Positions 1-9,311 of a stretch of DNA of 64,000 bases are shown piece after piece (the first letter of the stretch is position 1; the number at the start of each line of letters is the position of its first letter). This DNA comes from Crenothrix sp. D3 (lineage in GTDB: Bacteria > Pseudomonadota > Gammaproteobacteria > Methylococcales > Methylomonadaceae), in NCBI GenBank assembly GCA_002134785.1, contig MBQZ01000103.1, forward strand, positions 26,865-90,864, in the 5' to 3' direction. A program made the translations under genes and the position numbers. The notes beneath the pieces were generated by a model. That model worked only from the letters and a program-made list of their open reading frames with translations, did not search any database and had not been told where the DNA came from.

Positions 1-2468
1 TGTTCCAGTTCGATGAGTGCTGCTCTACCATTATCTACTTGTCCAACGACAAAACCCCAATGTATTAAATAATGTTTTAGAATCATACGGTTGGTCGCAT
101 TATCATCTACTACCAATACCCGCTTACCCACGTTATCCAATGGCAGTGTGTCAGTTTCCACCACGTCACTTGATAGCAGTTGTAAGGTAAACCAGAAACA
201 TGTTCCATGACCTAAGGTACTGTCCAAACCCAATACTCCTCCCATCAACTCAACAAGGTTTTTGCTAATAGAAAGCCCAAGACCTGTACCCCCAAATCGT
301 CGCGCCGTGCTACTTTCAGCCTGAGAAAATGGTTGGAACAAACGAGTTTGTATTTCAGGTGCAATGCCTATGCCCGTATCTGCGATTTCAAAATGTAACA
401 TATCCGCCTCCCCCTCTATGCTAGGAGTGCATGTTACTATCACCGAAACCTCGCCATGTTCAGTAAACTTAATCGCGTTGCCGATTAAATTAGTCAATAC
501 TTGACGAATCCGATTCGGATCACCTAGCCAATGCGACCGCATATCGACGGGGATGAGGCAGTTTAACTCCAAGTTCTTAGCATGAGCTCGTCCAGCAAAC
601 AATGCACAGACATCGCCAATCAGTGTAGTGAGATTGAAACTAATCCGCTCTATTTCAAGTTTGCCCGCTTCCAATTTAGAGAAGTCTAAAATATCATTGA
701 GAATGGCTAGCAGCGATTCCGCCGAGGCATGGGCGGTGTCTACTAAATCCCACTGACTACTCGACATATCAGTATCACGCAGTAAATCTAACATACCCAA
801 CACGCCATTCATCGGGGTACGAATTTCATGACTCATATTGGCTAGAAACTCGCTTTTCGCCACTGCGGTTTGCATTGCCATATCACGGGAATTTTCCAGC
901 GATACTTTTACTTGTTCTTGCAGCACAGCCAACGCTAACAATTCGCCCACTTGTTTTAACATGGTAAGGCGACTGTCATTTTGTATGGGATAAGGGTCAG
1001 TATAAAGAAATAAGATGCCCAGCGTATCGCCTGCCACACTGATTGGCACGATGTAATGACCGTGTGCCTGCATACTATCAAACTTGCGTTCATGACATGG
1101 ATCACAAAAACAATCATCTGAGACCAATAACTCGCCTGAAACAGCGGCACGACCACACAAACAAGCGCCTAAAGCAATCCGTTGTTCTTCCTTAGCAATA
1201 AATTGCTCGCTGAAGATACCGCGCAGCAGGAACATCTCCAAATAGTCGCTGTCCGTGGCGTGTAAAAACACCCCGCCTTTGCGTTGTAAATCAAATGATT
1301 TAAGGTCAAATAAAATGTCCAATACATTGGTGAATCGTTCCTTGAGAGGGATTGCCTGTTGCAATGTTTCAGCAATTGCCAAGCGTGCGGCGGTATCATT
1401 TCTTTCCATCCATTGAATGGCTTCTCTACTCACTTGTTCACTAATATCGCGTTGGATTTGTACATAGCCCGCACGCGTGCCATCTCTATTAAAAACGGGG
1501 GTAATATTCAATTCTGCCCAAAATTCTAAGGCATCGGGTGGCGTAGTTTGACCTGCAATATGCAGAGGAGCTATCCCCGTGCGGCGTTGCAGTATCCGTC
1601 CTGACCAACCTATGCCCCTGTCCAATGCGGTACGCATCACCGCTATGGTGAACGCATCCGCGTTAGGACTGTCCAGTACATTGGGACTGCGACCTATCAG
1701 CATCGCTTGTGTCCAGCCAGTGGCTTGGCATAAGGCTGGATTCGCATATTGAATATAGTCTTCGTTATTGGTGAGGAGAATCATTTCAGCGCTGGCATCA
1801 ACTGCCCGCTTGAGCATAATCAATTCAGCATTGGTTTTTTTTTCTGCTGTTATGTCTTGTCGTATCGAAATGTATTGATACGGTTTACCTTTGTCATCCA
1901 GCAATGGCACAATTGTGCTGGTTACCCAATAAAGATTACCGTCTTTGCTGCGATTGCAAAAGACACCCTGCCAAATCAATCCTTGGCTAATCGTCATCCA
2001 CATAGCACGAATATAGTCTTTATCATGATAACCCGAATTAAGAATGCGATGATCTTTACCTAACAACTCGTCCCGTGTATAACCAGATACTTCACAAAAC
2101 TTGTCATTGATGTGAATAATGCGCCCAGAAGCATCGGCAATGCTGACCAGCGAATGAACATTTAACGCATTACGCAATTCAGTATTTAATCGACTGTGTT
2201 CCAGAATTGTCTCCTGTTCTCGATTAATTTGCACAACCAAAGGTTTAAGAACTAGAAACCACAGTAGCGGTGCACTGATTAATACTAACAACAGCGTATT
2301 CATTATTGTTTCTTGAAACTCAGTGAATAGTCCGCCTTCCTGTTGAGATAAATTCAATAGTAGCATTACCAGTCCATCAACTACGCCGATGATAAAACTA
2401 ATCACAAGCAATGAAGAAAGAAACCGATAGTTCATTTTTTTTATGACAGGATCGTGGTTATGTATCAT
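1..2468 (-). CDS. Hybrid sensor histidine kinase (TM, PAS, PAS, GAF, HisKA, HATPase_c, receiver); 3' end runs off the left window edge
   Basis: Own minus-strand translation. It is absent from the ORF track because there is no stop codon in the window. ATG at 2466-2468 (alternative 2433-2435, same frame). H-box 'NMSHEIRTPMNGVLGM' at ~785-835 is in the same frame. G-box 'GGTGLGLSISK'. The receiver begins 'KRVLVVDDNATNRMIL' near nt ~100. Confidence 0.8.
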   Translation of the reverse strand, partial: MIHNHDPVIKKMNYRFLSSLLVISFIIGVVDGLVMLLLNLSQQEGGLFTEFQETIMNTLLLVLISAPLLWFLVLKPLVVQINREQETILEHSRLNTELRNALNVHSLVSIADASGRIIHINDKFCEVSGYTRDELLGKDHRILNSGYHDKDYIRAMWMTISQGLIWQGVFCNRSKDGNLYWVTSTIVPLLDDKGKPYQYISIRQDITAEKKTNAELIMLKRAVDASAEMILLTNNEDYIQYANPALCQATGWTQAMLIGRSPNVLDSPNADAFTIAVMRTALDRGIGWSGRILQRRTGIAPLHIAGQTTPPDALEFWAELNITPVFNRDGTRAGYVQIQRDISEQVSREAIQWMERNDTAARLAIAETLQQAIPLKERFTNVLDILFDLKSFDLQRKGGVFLHATDSDYLEMFLLRGIFSEQFIAKEEQRIALGACLCGRAAVSGELLVSDDCFCDPCHERKFDSMQAHGHYIVPISVAGDTLGILFLYTDPYPIQNDSRLTMLKQVGELLALAVLQEQVKVSLENSRDMAMQTAVAKSEFLANMSHEIRTPMNGVLGMLDLLRDTDMSSSQWDLVDTAHASAESLLAILNDILDFSKLEAGKLEIERISFNLTTLIGDVCALFAGRAHAKNLELNCLIPVDMRSHWLGDPNRIRQVLTNLIGNAIKFTEHGEVSVIVTCTPSIEGEADMLHFEIADTGIGIAPEIQTRLFQPFSQAESSTARRFGGTGLGLSISKNLVELMGGVLGLDSTLGHGTCFWFTLQLLSSDVVETDTLPLDNVGKRVLVVDDNATNRMILKHYLIHWGFVVGQVDNGRAALIELE

Positions 2469-2639
2469 ATTGCTTGTCCTAATTATTTTTATTAATAGCT
2501 CGCTATGTTACCGTCAACCAGCATAATAATAAGATTATTTTTCATTGTTAAAATTGACTTTCATCTCGGTTGGCACGAAAAATTCTGGTGGGCTTGAAAT
2601 TGAGTAGCCCCTACAAATCAATGCAGTTCGTAATTGCTC

Positions 2640-2880
2640 AAGGACTAAGCCGATAGGGGCTAACAACAAAAATCGCCACCTCAACGCCTGATTCGTTAAG
2701 CCCGTGGCCATTGCTAGGGTTCGATATTTGAAATCGCTGACTTGCGGCCTGATTGACCGCAAGCCGTAAACTTTTATGTGGTCTGCGGTAGTTGTAATCA
2801 AACAGGTTGATTAAAAGAATGGCATTAAAGTTCGTCGCTTCTTTGATGGCACGGACAGGTTCGTCTCGGACAGAATAGCG
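2640..2880 (-). pseudogene. Relic of the C-terminus of a DDE (rve/integrase-core) transposase
   Basis: Minus-strand translation gives '...AIKEATNFNAILLINLFDYNYRRPHKSL...'. This matches the conserved 'YN..RPH.SL' tail of IS3/IS481-type transposases. It is preceded by an in-frame stop, and no catalytic core is present. Confidence 0.35.
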
Positions 2881-2950
2881 TTAACTCAGCGTTGATTTCA
2901 GGTGTTTTCAATTTCATGACAGTTTGCATTGGTTTGTAGGAACTATCCCA

Positions 2951-3349
2951 TTAGCCTTGCTTAAAACTGTGTATCAATCGCCGATCTTTTTTATTTGGCT
3001 TGTGTTCGGGGGGGGTGAAACCTGATAACGCACGTTGTTCGCGTTGCAATAGTATTTGTTGCTCACGTTTAGCTAAGCTTTCAGCATCTTCTTGATAAAA
3101 CAATACCGCTTCTTTAGCTGGGCGGCGTTGTGCGCTGAGGGCGGTGATGGTAATTTGCCAACGTAAACCGTCTTTACTAATCGACAATACTGCACCGACT
3201 TTCACTTCTTTGCTGGGTTTAACGCGTTGTTCATTAACATGGACTTTGCCGCCGCCAATCGCTTCGGCGGCAAGCGAACGGGTTTTAAAAAATCGCGCCG
3301 CCCACAACCATTTGTCTAAGCGGATGGTTTCGAGTTCAGACTGCGTCAT
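2951..3349 (-). CDS. hslR: Ribosome-associated heat shock protein Hsp15 (S4 RNA-binding domain)
   Basis: '[30 protein letters not shown]' S4-domain signature and ~130 aa size. Confidence 0.85.
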   Translation of the reverse strand: MTQSELETIRLDKWLWAARFFKTRSLAAEAIGGGKVHVNEQRVKPSKEVKVGAVLSISKDGLRWQITITALSAQRRPAKEAVLFYQEDAESLAKREQQILLQREQRALSGFTPPEHKPNKKDRRLIHSFKQG

Positions 3350-4298
3350 GCGTATCGGCGTGTTTCTTCAAGCCTCTAGGTAAAGAGAAAACCACTTTTT
3401 CTTCAATACCTTGAATCTCAACAGTTGATGTACCACCCCATATTTTTAACTGCTCTATTACTTCCTGCACTAATACTTCTGGAGCGGATGCACCTGCGGT
3501 TACACCAACAACAGTCACGCCATCAAACCACTCTAACTGCATATCTTGTGCAGTATCAATCAGATAGGCAGTTCTACCCAGCTGTTCAGCAATTTCGCGT
3601 AACCGATTTGAGTTTGAACTATTAGGTGAGCCAACCACCAAAATAATTTCTGCCGATTTAGCCAGTTCATAGACTGCATCTTGACGATTTTGGGTTGCAT
3701 AACAAATGTCGTCTTTTTTCTGTTCTTGAATCGAGGTAAACCGTGTTCTTAAAGCATCAACCATGATTTTTGTATCAGTCATGGATAAGGTAGTTTGTGT
3801 GACATACGCCAGATTATTCGGATTATGTACCACCAATTTTTCTACATCCGCAGGCGTTTCCACTAAATAAATACCGCCATTTTCAGTGCATTTTTCGTAC
3901 TGCCCCATCGTGCCTTCGACTTCGGGATGACCCGCATGACCGATTAAAATCACTTCGCGATCAGATTTTGCGTGTTTTGCAACTTGAATATGGACTTTAG
4001 TGACTAACGGGCAAGTGGCATCAAACACCGTTAATTGGCGTTCTTTGGCTTCTTGTTGAACTTGTTTAGACACACCGTGCGCACTGAAAATAAGGTAAGA
4101 ACCGACGGGGACATCGGTCAAATCTTCAATAAAAATCGCGCCTTTTTCTTTCAGACCATCGACCACGGTGCGGTTATGTACCACTTCATGACGTACATAA
4201 ATCGGCGCACCAAAAGCTTCAATGGCTTGATCGACTATTTCAATAGCGCGGTCAACACCAGCACAAAATCCACGAGGGTTAGCGAGTAAAATTTTCAT
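3336..4298 (-). CDS. ispH: 4-hydroxy-3-methylbut-2-enyl diphosphate reductase
   Basis: N-terminus '[22 protein letters not shown]', 320 aa, with the conserved Cys/His pattern of IspH/LytB. Confidence 0.95.
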   Translation of the reverse strand: MKILLANPRGFCAGVDRAIEIVDQAIEAFGAPIYVRHEVVHNRTVVDGLKEKGAIFIEDLTDVPVGSYLIFSAHGVSKQVQQEAKERQLTVFDATCPLVTKVHIQVAKHAKSDREVILIGHAGHPEVEGTMGQYEKCTENGGIYLVETPADVEKLVVHNPNNLAYVTQTTLSMTDTKIMVDALRTRFTSIQEQKKDDICYATQNRQDAVYELAKSAEIILVVGSPNSSNSNRLREIAEQLGRTAYLIDTAQDMQLEWFDGVTVVGVTAGASAPEVLVQEVIEQLKIWGGTSTVEIQGIEEKVVFSLPRGLKKHADTHDAV

Positions 4299-4527
4299 AT
4301 CTTGACTTATTAAGTTGGTTATTTATAAATGCGGTTATTCTAACCCAACAAGACGACCACTGCCATTAAGTTGTCTTCATTGCCTAATCCATGGGCTAAC
4401 GCTACGCGCTATTGTTAATCAAGCATGACGTTACTAATTTTTGATTTACCCGATAAAAAATATCTTGAGCTAATAGTGTCTTAGGCGTACAAAACGCTCT
4501 CTTCAACCTCTTTTTTCTTTAACTGCA

Positions 4528-6018
4528 ATGAAACTTCCTATTTTCGCTAAGCTATTCATCACGTTACTACTCAGCATTGGGATTATGATTGCCGTGATGA
4601 TAGGCTCGGCAGATTGGCTATTTCGTCAGGGTTTCACCGAATATTTACAGCAAGTTGAGGCTAATCGCTTAGGCTTTTTAATCAGTCAGTTAGAAGAGAC
4701 TTATCAAAAACAAGGTAGCTGGGATTTTTTGCAAAACAATCCACAACAATGGCGTGCGTTCTTAATAAAACTTGCAGGCAAAGATGCACCACCCGATGAC
4801 CGTCCGCCACCGCCTGATAACAATGGTTTTACCCCACAAGATTACCCACCGCAACCTGAGCAACGTGGTTTTGTACCCGAAGATCATCCGCCGCCTTATG
4901 GTTCACCGCCACCGCGCCCACCAGACCCGTTACAATTAGGTAAACGCTTACGGCTGTTAAATGCAAACCATGATTATGTGATTGGCGCACATTTTGAAGA
5001 GAAGCCTATTACGCGGGAGCTAAAGGTAAATCAACAAGTTATCGGCTGGCTAGACATTCGTCCCAATGAGGCAATGACTGATGAACTGGCTTCAACCTTC
5101 ATAGCGCAACAACAACAAGCCAAAACGATGCTCAGTGGTCTAGCCTTTGCACTGTCCATTTTTGCAGCGTGGCTATTAGCACGGCAATTATTATTACCGA
5201 TACGTCGTATTGGTGGAGGTGTGAAAGCACTGGCAGCGGGTGAATATCAAACGCGTATTAAAGCCAATGGTCATGATGAGTTAGGTCAATTATCCCAATA
5301 TTTTAATTCACTGGCACAAACCCTACAGCAAAATGAAACCGCACGGCGGCAATGGATAGCCGATATTTCTCATGAATTGCGCACTCCATTATCGGTGTTG
5401 CGTGGAGAGCTTGAAGCGTTGCAAGATGGTGTACGCCAACCTACCCCTGACCGTATTCACTCTTTACACAGTGAAGTGTTAGCCTTAACCAAATTGGTAG
5501 AAGATTTGTATGAGTTGTCGTTGTCCGATGTAGGCGCGATGAATTATCACAAAGAACGCATCAACGTCACCGACATCATACTGGGTATACAGCAGAATTT
5601 TGTGGCTCGCTTTGCCAGTCGGGGCATTGTGTTACGCGAAATTACTAGTCCAGATCTGGTATTGCCCGTGTTTGCCGATGCACGACGGCTGTATCAATTA
5701 TTTTCTAATTTAGCCGAAAACAGTTACCGCTATACTAACGAAGGTGGGTTTTGTGAAATTACTTTGTATAGAACTAAGCAAACCGTGATGATTACGTTTC
5801 AAGATTCCGCGCCTAGTGTCCCGCCTGATGCACTGCCAAAATTATTTGATCGCCTGTATCGCGTAGAAAAATCTCGCAGTCGTGAATTAGGCGGCGCAGG
5901 TTTAGGATTAGCGATTTGTAAAAATATTGTTGAAGCACATGGCGGCACAATAACCGCCTATCAAAGTCAATACGGCGGCTTATCTATTCAAGTAGAATTA
6001 CCGTTATTGCTGGAATAA
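4528..6018 (+). CDS. Two-component sensor histidine kinase (BaeS/CpxA-like) with a proline-rich periplasmic segment
   Basis: Two TM segments, a HAMP-like region, H-box 'ADISHELRTPLSVL' and G-boxes 'GGAGLGLAICKNIVEAHGG'. Confidence 0.85.
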   Translation: MKLPIFAKLFITLLLSIGIMIAVMIGSADWLFRQGFTEYLQQVEANRLGFLISQLEETYQKQGSWDFLQNNPQQWRAFLIKLAGKDAPPDDRPPPPDNNGFTPQDYPPQPEQRGFVPEDHPPPYGSPPPRPPDPLQLGKRLRLLNANHDYVIGAHFEEKPITRELKVNQQVIGWLDIRPNEAMTDELASTFIAQQQQAKTMLSGLAFALSIFAAWLLARQLLLPIRRIGGGVKALAAGEYQTRIKANGHDELGQLSQYFNSLAQTLQQNETARRQWIADISHELRTPLSVLRGELEALQDGVRQPTPDRIHSLHSEVLALTKLVEDLYELSLSDVGAMNYHKERINVTDIILGIQQNFVARFASRGIVLREITSPDLVLPVFADARRLYQLFSNLAENSYRYTNEGGFCEITLYRTKQTVMITFQDSAPSVPPDALPKLFDRLYRVEKSRSRELGGAGLGLAICKNIVEAHGGTITAYQSQYGGLSIQVELPLLLE

Positions 6019-6065
6019 AGAATGCCATACTCCTTACAACGATATAATTAACAATAGTAACTACC

Positions 6066-6770
6066 ATGAACTGCATCACGCAAAAAACCATTTTAATTGT
6101 TGAAGATGAAGCCAAACTTGCCAGCTTACTGAGTGAATACCTAGCTTTAGCGGATTATGCCACGCATATTATCGCCGATGGTTTAGCAGTCGTGCCGTGG
6201 CTACGCACGCACTCTGCTGATTTGATTGTGCTTGATTTAATGCTACCGAATCGAGACGGCATTGAATTGTGCCGCGATATACGTCAATTTTCTAATGTCC
6301 CCATTATCATGACTACCGCGCGTATTGAAGAAATTGACCGTTTATTAGGTTTAGCCTTAGGCGCGGATGATTATATTTGTAAACCCTATAGCCCACGCGA
6401 AGTGGTGGCGCGTATTAAAGCGGTGTTGCGCCGCATTAATCCAGAACAACAACCTACCATCATACCCAGCACGCCAGAGTTACTCTCTTTAGATCCCCTC
6501 AGTTATCGCGTCAGTGTCGGTAAACAAAGCATCAGCTTATCGACTATTGAATTTATGCTACTCAACACCCTACATCAAGAACCCACACGGCTGTTCTCTC
6601 GTAATCAACTCATGGATAATATTTATAGCGACCAGCGCGTTGTGCTAGATAGAACGGTGGACAGCCATATCAAAAAACTGCGCAAAAAACTCACCGTATT
6701 ATTGCCTGATTATGAGCTGATTCATGCGATGTATGGCGCGGGGTATTGTTATGAAGCGCGGTTGAAGTAG
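6066..6770 (+). CDS. OmpR-family response regulator (receiver plus winged-helix)
   Basis: 'ILIVEDEAKLA...DLIVLDLMLP' receiver and C-terminal 'VDSHIKKLRKKL...GAGY' trans_reg_C motif. It lies adjacent to the kinase gene. Confidence 0.9.
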   Translation: MNCITQKTILIVEDEAKLASLLSEYLALADYATHIIADGLAVVPWLRTHSADLIVLDLMLPNRDGIELCRDIRQFSNVPIIMTTARIEEIDRLLGLALGADDYICKPYSPREVVARIKAVLRRINPEQQPTIIPSTPELLSLDPLSYRVSVGKQSISLSTIEFMLLNTLHQEPTRLFSRNQLMDNIYSDQRVVLDRTVDSHIKKLRKKLTVLLPDYELIHAMYGAGYCYEARLK

Positions 6771-6800
6771 GCTATTTAGGTCTAGGGGAAATGTACTTTA

Positions 6801-6826
6801 GGAGTACAAACCTAGGCTTATACTCC
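6801..6826. terminator. Degenerate copy of the 26-nt palindrome GGAGTACAAACCTAGGTTTGTACTCC, between convergent genes
   Basis: 'ggagtacaaacctaggcttatactcc'. The perfect copy is at 63022-63047. Confidence 0.4.
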
Positions 6827-6853
6827 AATCAATCTATTCTTAATGACTGCTAT

Positions 6854-7252
6854 TTAATCCAGTAAATCGGGGGGGATATTACCGCCATTTTCTGCGAGTT
6901 TTCTTAATACAGTTTTATGTAACCACATATTCATCTGCGCGGAATCACTCATTTTCCCCGCTGGACAGCCCAATTCTGCCGCTAGTTCTTTACGCACAGT
7001 CAAACTACTATCCAATTTCAGCAACTTTAACAAATCGACGATAGACGTTTTCCAATTCAGTTTTTCTGCGTGGGCAGCGGCTAAGTCTGTCAATTTAGCG
7101 ACCACATCAACCTCAACCGCGTTAGCATTGACAACGACAGGTGCTTGGCTAACGGCTTCTTCTACAGGAGCTGATGCAGCTTGCTCAATGACTTCATCAG
7201 CGGCGGCACTGCTGATACCGAGTGTTTCGAAAATGGAGCTAAATATACTCAT
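6854..7252 (-). CDS. DUF3597-like protein
   Basis: The 'MSIFSSIF...' N-terminus, an Ala/Val-rich linker and a conserved C-terminal 'LNWKTSIVDLLKLLKLDSS...MNMWLHK' resemble DUF3597 proteins (from memory). Confidence 0.6.
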   Translation of the reverse strand: MSIFSSIFETLGISSAAADEVIEQAASAPVEEAVSQAPVVVNANAVEVDVVAKLTDLAAAHAEKLNWKTSIVDLLKLLKLDSSLTVRKELAAELGCPAGKMSDSAQMNMWLHKTVLRKLAENGGNIPPDLLD

Positions 7253-7322
7253 GGTTGTTCCTCAATGTTAAAGTGAAATGTGAAATATTTTGCATAGCGC
7301 GTGGAAACTATAACATTGAATA

Positions 7323-7352
7323 GAAAAAACGGGCGAAGATACTCCGCCCGTT
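7323..7352 (-). terminator. Rho-independent terminator downstream of the smbP-like gene
   Basis: Hairpin acgggcg(7329-7335)/cgcccgt(7345-7351), followed on the minus strand by a T-run. Confidence 0.6.
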
Positions 7353-7370
7353 TTTAAAAAGCTGTATTAG

Positions 7371-7727
7371 TTATTGTTTACTAGCATTAAGGTGTTCTAC
7401 TCCCGCTTCAGCCGCCTTAGTTGCCGCTGGTGCGTGTCCTAACTCGCCTTCATCAATGGATTTTTGCAATGAATCAGCGGCTGCATCTATGTGAGTTTTT
7501 GGTACACCTTTTGCCACTAAAGAGGCTGATAGCGTATGATTCAACGCCAATTTAGCGTGTTCAACTAAAATAGGCGCGTGTCCCGCCTTACCGTGTACCA
7601 CAGCGGCATGAGCGTGTTCCAACGCGGTATTAACGTGTTCTACTCCCTTGTCACTCAATCCTGCGGCAAAAACGGTTGTGCTTGCACACAGTAATAAACC
7701 TGCAAATACAGATGCTAATTTTTTCAT
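7371..7727 (-). CDS. Periplasmic His-rich small metal-binding protein (SmbP-like)
   Basis: Signal peptide 'MKKLASVFAGLLLCASTTVFA'. Repeated 'HA..A..HGK.GHA' helices rich in His. ATG at 7725-7727 follows 'aagggga'. Confidence 0.6.
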   Translation of the reverse strand: MKKLASVFAGLLLCASTTVFAAGLSDKGVEHVNTALEHAHAAVVHGKAGHAPILVEHAKLALNHTLSASLVAKGVPKTHIDAAADSLQKSIDEGELGHAPAATKAAEAGVEHLNASKQ

Positions 7728-8004
7728 GTTCTTCCCCTTAAGTATGATTTTGATTATCAAATGTTGATACCACTTTACTTGAGATAACTGTGACCACTAA
7801 CATGAAGTGGCAAACTAATGGCTCAACGTTCGCATTGTAAACACTATTGAATTTATTTTGCAAATGACTGATTAATCTAATATCTGCTCTCCACATTTAT
7901 TCCCTAATAGATTCCTTTTTCGTCCTTATTTGTTACACAATTTACCCGTATCTTATGACCCATGAGCAACAGCAACGGTTGCGCAACAACACAAGGAGAA
8001 GGTA

Positions 8005-8250
8005 ATGAAAAATACATTGTTAGCATCAAAACGACTGGCATTGTCAGAAAGTGGCTTTGTTTTTGATCCTGTGTCAGGGCAGAGCTTTTCCGTTAATGAG
8101 TCGGGGCTGGTGTTTCTGCGTTTAGCGCAACACGAAGATGACCTCGATAAACTCACCACACAACTGGTTGAACAATTTGATGCCAGCAGCGTAGAAATTA
8201 AACGTGATGTGCAGGATTTTATTAATCGCCTGCAAGGATTTTTAAAATGA
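8005..8250 (+). CDS. PqqD-family protein (RiPP-recognition-element-like peptide chaperone)
   Basis: 81 aa. 'GFVFDPVSGQSFSVNESGLVFLRL...DLDKLTTQLVEQFD...IKRDVQDFINRLQGFL' follows the PqqD/PF05402 pattern. Its stop overlaps the next start (ATGA). Confidence 0.65.
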   Translation: MKNTLLASKRLALSESGFVFDPVSGQSFSVNESGLVFLRLAQHEDDLDKLTTQLVEQFDASSVEIKRDVQDFINRLQGFLK

Positions 8251-9311
8251 GCATCACGGTCGCCGTTACAGGCATGAATGCCCGCGCAGATAATCCAGGA
8301 CCTGGTTTAGCCATCGCACGGTGTTTAAAAGAATCCAACACGCCCACTCGCGTGGTCGGTTTGGGTTATGAAGCATTAGACCCCGCGTTATATCACCGTG
8401 GTTTTGTCGATAGAGGTTATTTACTGCCCTACCCTTCACACGGTGAAGATGCTTTATTAGCGCGAGTGTGTGAACTCCATGAACGGGAAAAATTCGACGT
8501 ATTAATTCCCTGTTTAGATGCAGAAATGCAAAGTTTTGCACGGCTCGCACCAACCTTAGCAGGCATGGGCATTCGTACTTTTATTCCTAATAGCCATCAA
8601 TTAGCCTTGCGCAGTAAAGACCGTTTACCCGAATTGGCAAAAGAAATCGGCATTGCATCGCCCAAAACCCAAGCCATTTATCAAGCGAACTTTTTTCACA
8701 GCTGTCAAAGCCAAGACTGGCAGTATCCGCTGATGGTTAAGGGTTTATTTTATGATGCCAAAATCGCTTATAACGCAGAGGAAGCTGTCGCGGCATTTCA
8801 CCGTATAGCAGGTGAATGGGGCGTTCCCGTGTTGGCGCAAAGCTGGATTGGTGGTGAAGAGATTAATCTGGCGGGTGTCGGTGATGGTGAAGGCGGTTTA
8901 GCGGGTGCAGTGATGATGAAAAAACGCGCCCTGACCGATAAAGGAAAAGGTTGGGCAGGTATTAGCATTCATGATGAAGAACTACTTGCTGCCGCCCAGA
9001 AATTTTGTGCAGTTACTAAATGGCGCGGCGGTTTAGAGCTGGAAATGTTGCGCGATACCCAAGGCGGTCTGCATTTAATTGAAATTAATCCCCGTTTTCC
9101 CGCGTGGATTTATTTATCCGCAGGCGTGGGCTGTAACTTACCTGAACTGTTGGTCAAACTAGCATTAGGTGAAAAATTAATCCCCTCGACACCGACACCC
9201 GCAGGCGTGCTGTTCATTCGCTATGCCGAAGAAGCCATTGTGTCATTAGCTGATTTTGAAAATATAACCGTGTGGGGCGAGACGCTACGCACAGAAGGAG
9301 CATTCGCATGA
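8247..9311 (+). CDS. ATP-grasp carboxylate-amine ligase, substrate unknown
   Basis: 'PLMVKG', 'EEINLAGVGDGEG' and 'LELEMLRD...LHLIEINPRFPAW' (E-x-N Mg/ATP motif), 354 aa. Confidence 0.75.
   Translation: MSITVAVTGMNARADNPGPGLAIARCLKESNTPTRVVGLGYEALDPALYHRGFVDRGYLLPYPSHGEDALLARVCELHEREKFDVLIPCLDAEMQSFARLAPTLAGMGIRTFIPNSHQLALRSKDRLPELAKEIGIASPKTQAIYQANFFHSCQSQDWQYPLMVKGLFYDAKIAYNAEEAVAAFHRIAGEWGVPVLAQSWIGGEEINLAGVGDGEGGLAGAVMMKKRALTDKGKGWAGISIHDEELLAAAQKFCAVTKWRGGLELEMLRDTQGGLHLIEINPRFPAWIYLSAGVGCNLPELLVKLALGEKLIPSTPTPAGVLFIRYAEEAIVSLADFENITVWGETLRTEGAFA

Noticed and set aside
956-2063. ORF-track entries 956-1156(-), 1169-1399(-) and 1749-2063(+)
   Set aside because: They lie inside the long hybrid histidine-kinase frame (minus strand, codon tops congruent to 2 mod 3) in other frames or on the other strand. 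Their translations are low-complexity with no motifs. They are shadow ORFs.
2535-2801. 88-aa ORF as a real gene
   Set aside because: The ORF partially covers the transposase relic, but its C-terminal part reads a different frame, and it has no RBS or motif. The region is treated as a degenerate IS remnant.
7761-8004. Tiny ORF (MKWQTNGSTFAL, starting at 7802) as a precursor for the PqqD/ATP-grasp locus
   Set aside because: It is 12 codons with no RBS and no supporting conservation information. It is indistinguishable from chance.
7953-8159. 68-aa minus-strand ORF overlapping the PqqD-like gene
   Set aside because: It is antisense to a well-supported CDS, and its Ser/Cys-rich translation has no features.
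9272-9307. GTG start at 9272 for the decarboxylase
   Set aside because: The ATG at 9308 forms an ATGA overlap with the upstream stop and gives a sensible N-terminus. The extension overlaps the ATP-grasp CDS by 40 nt.
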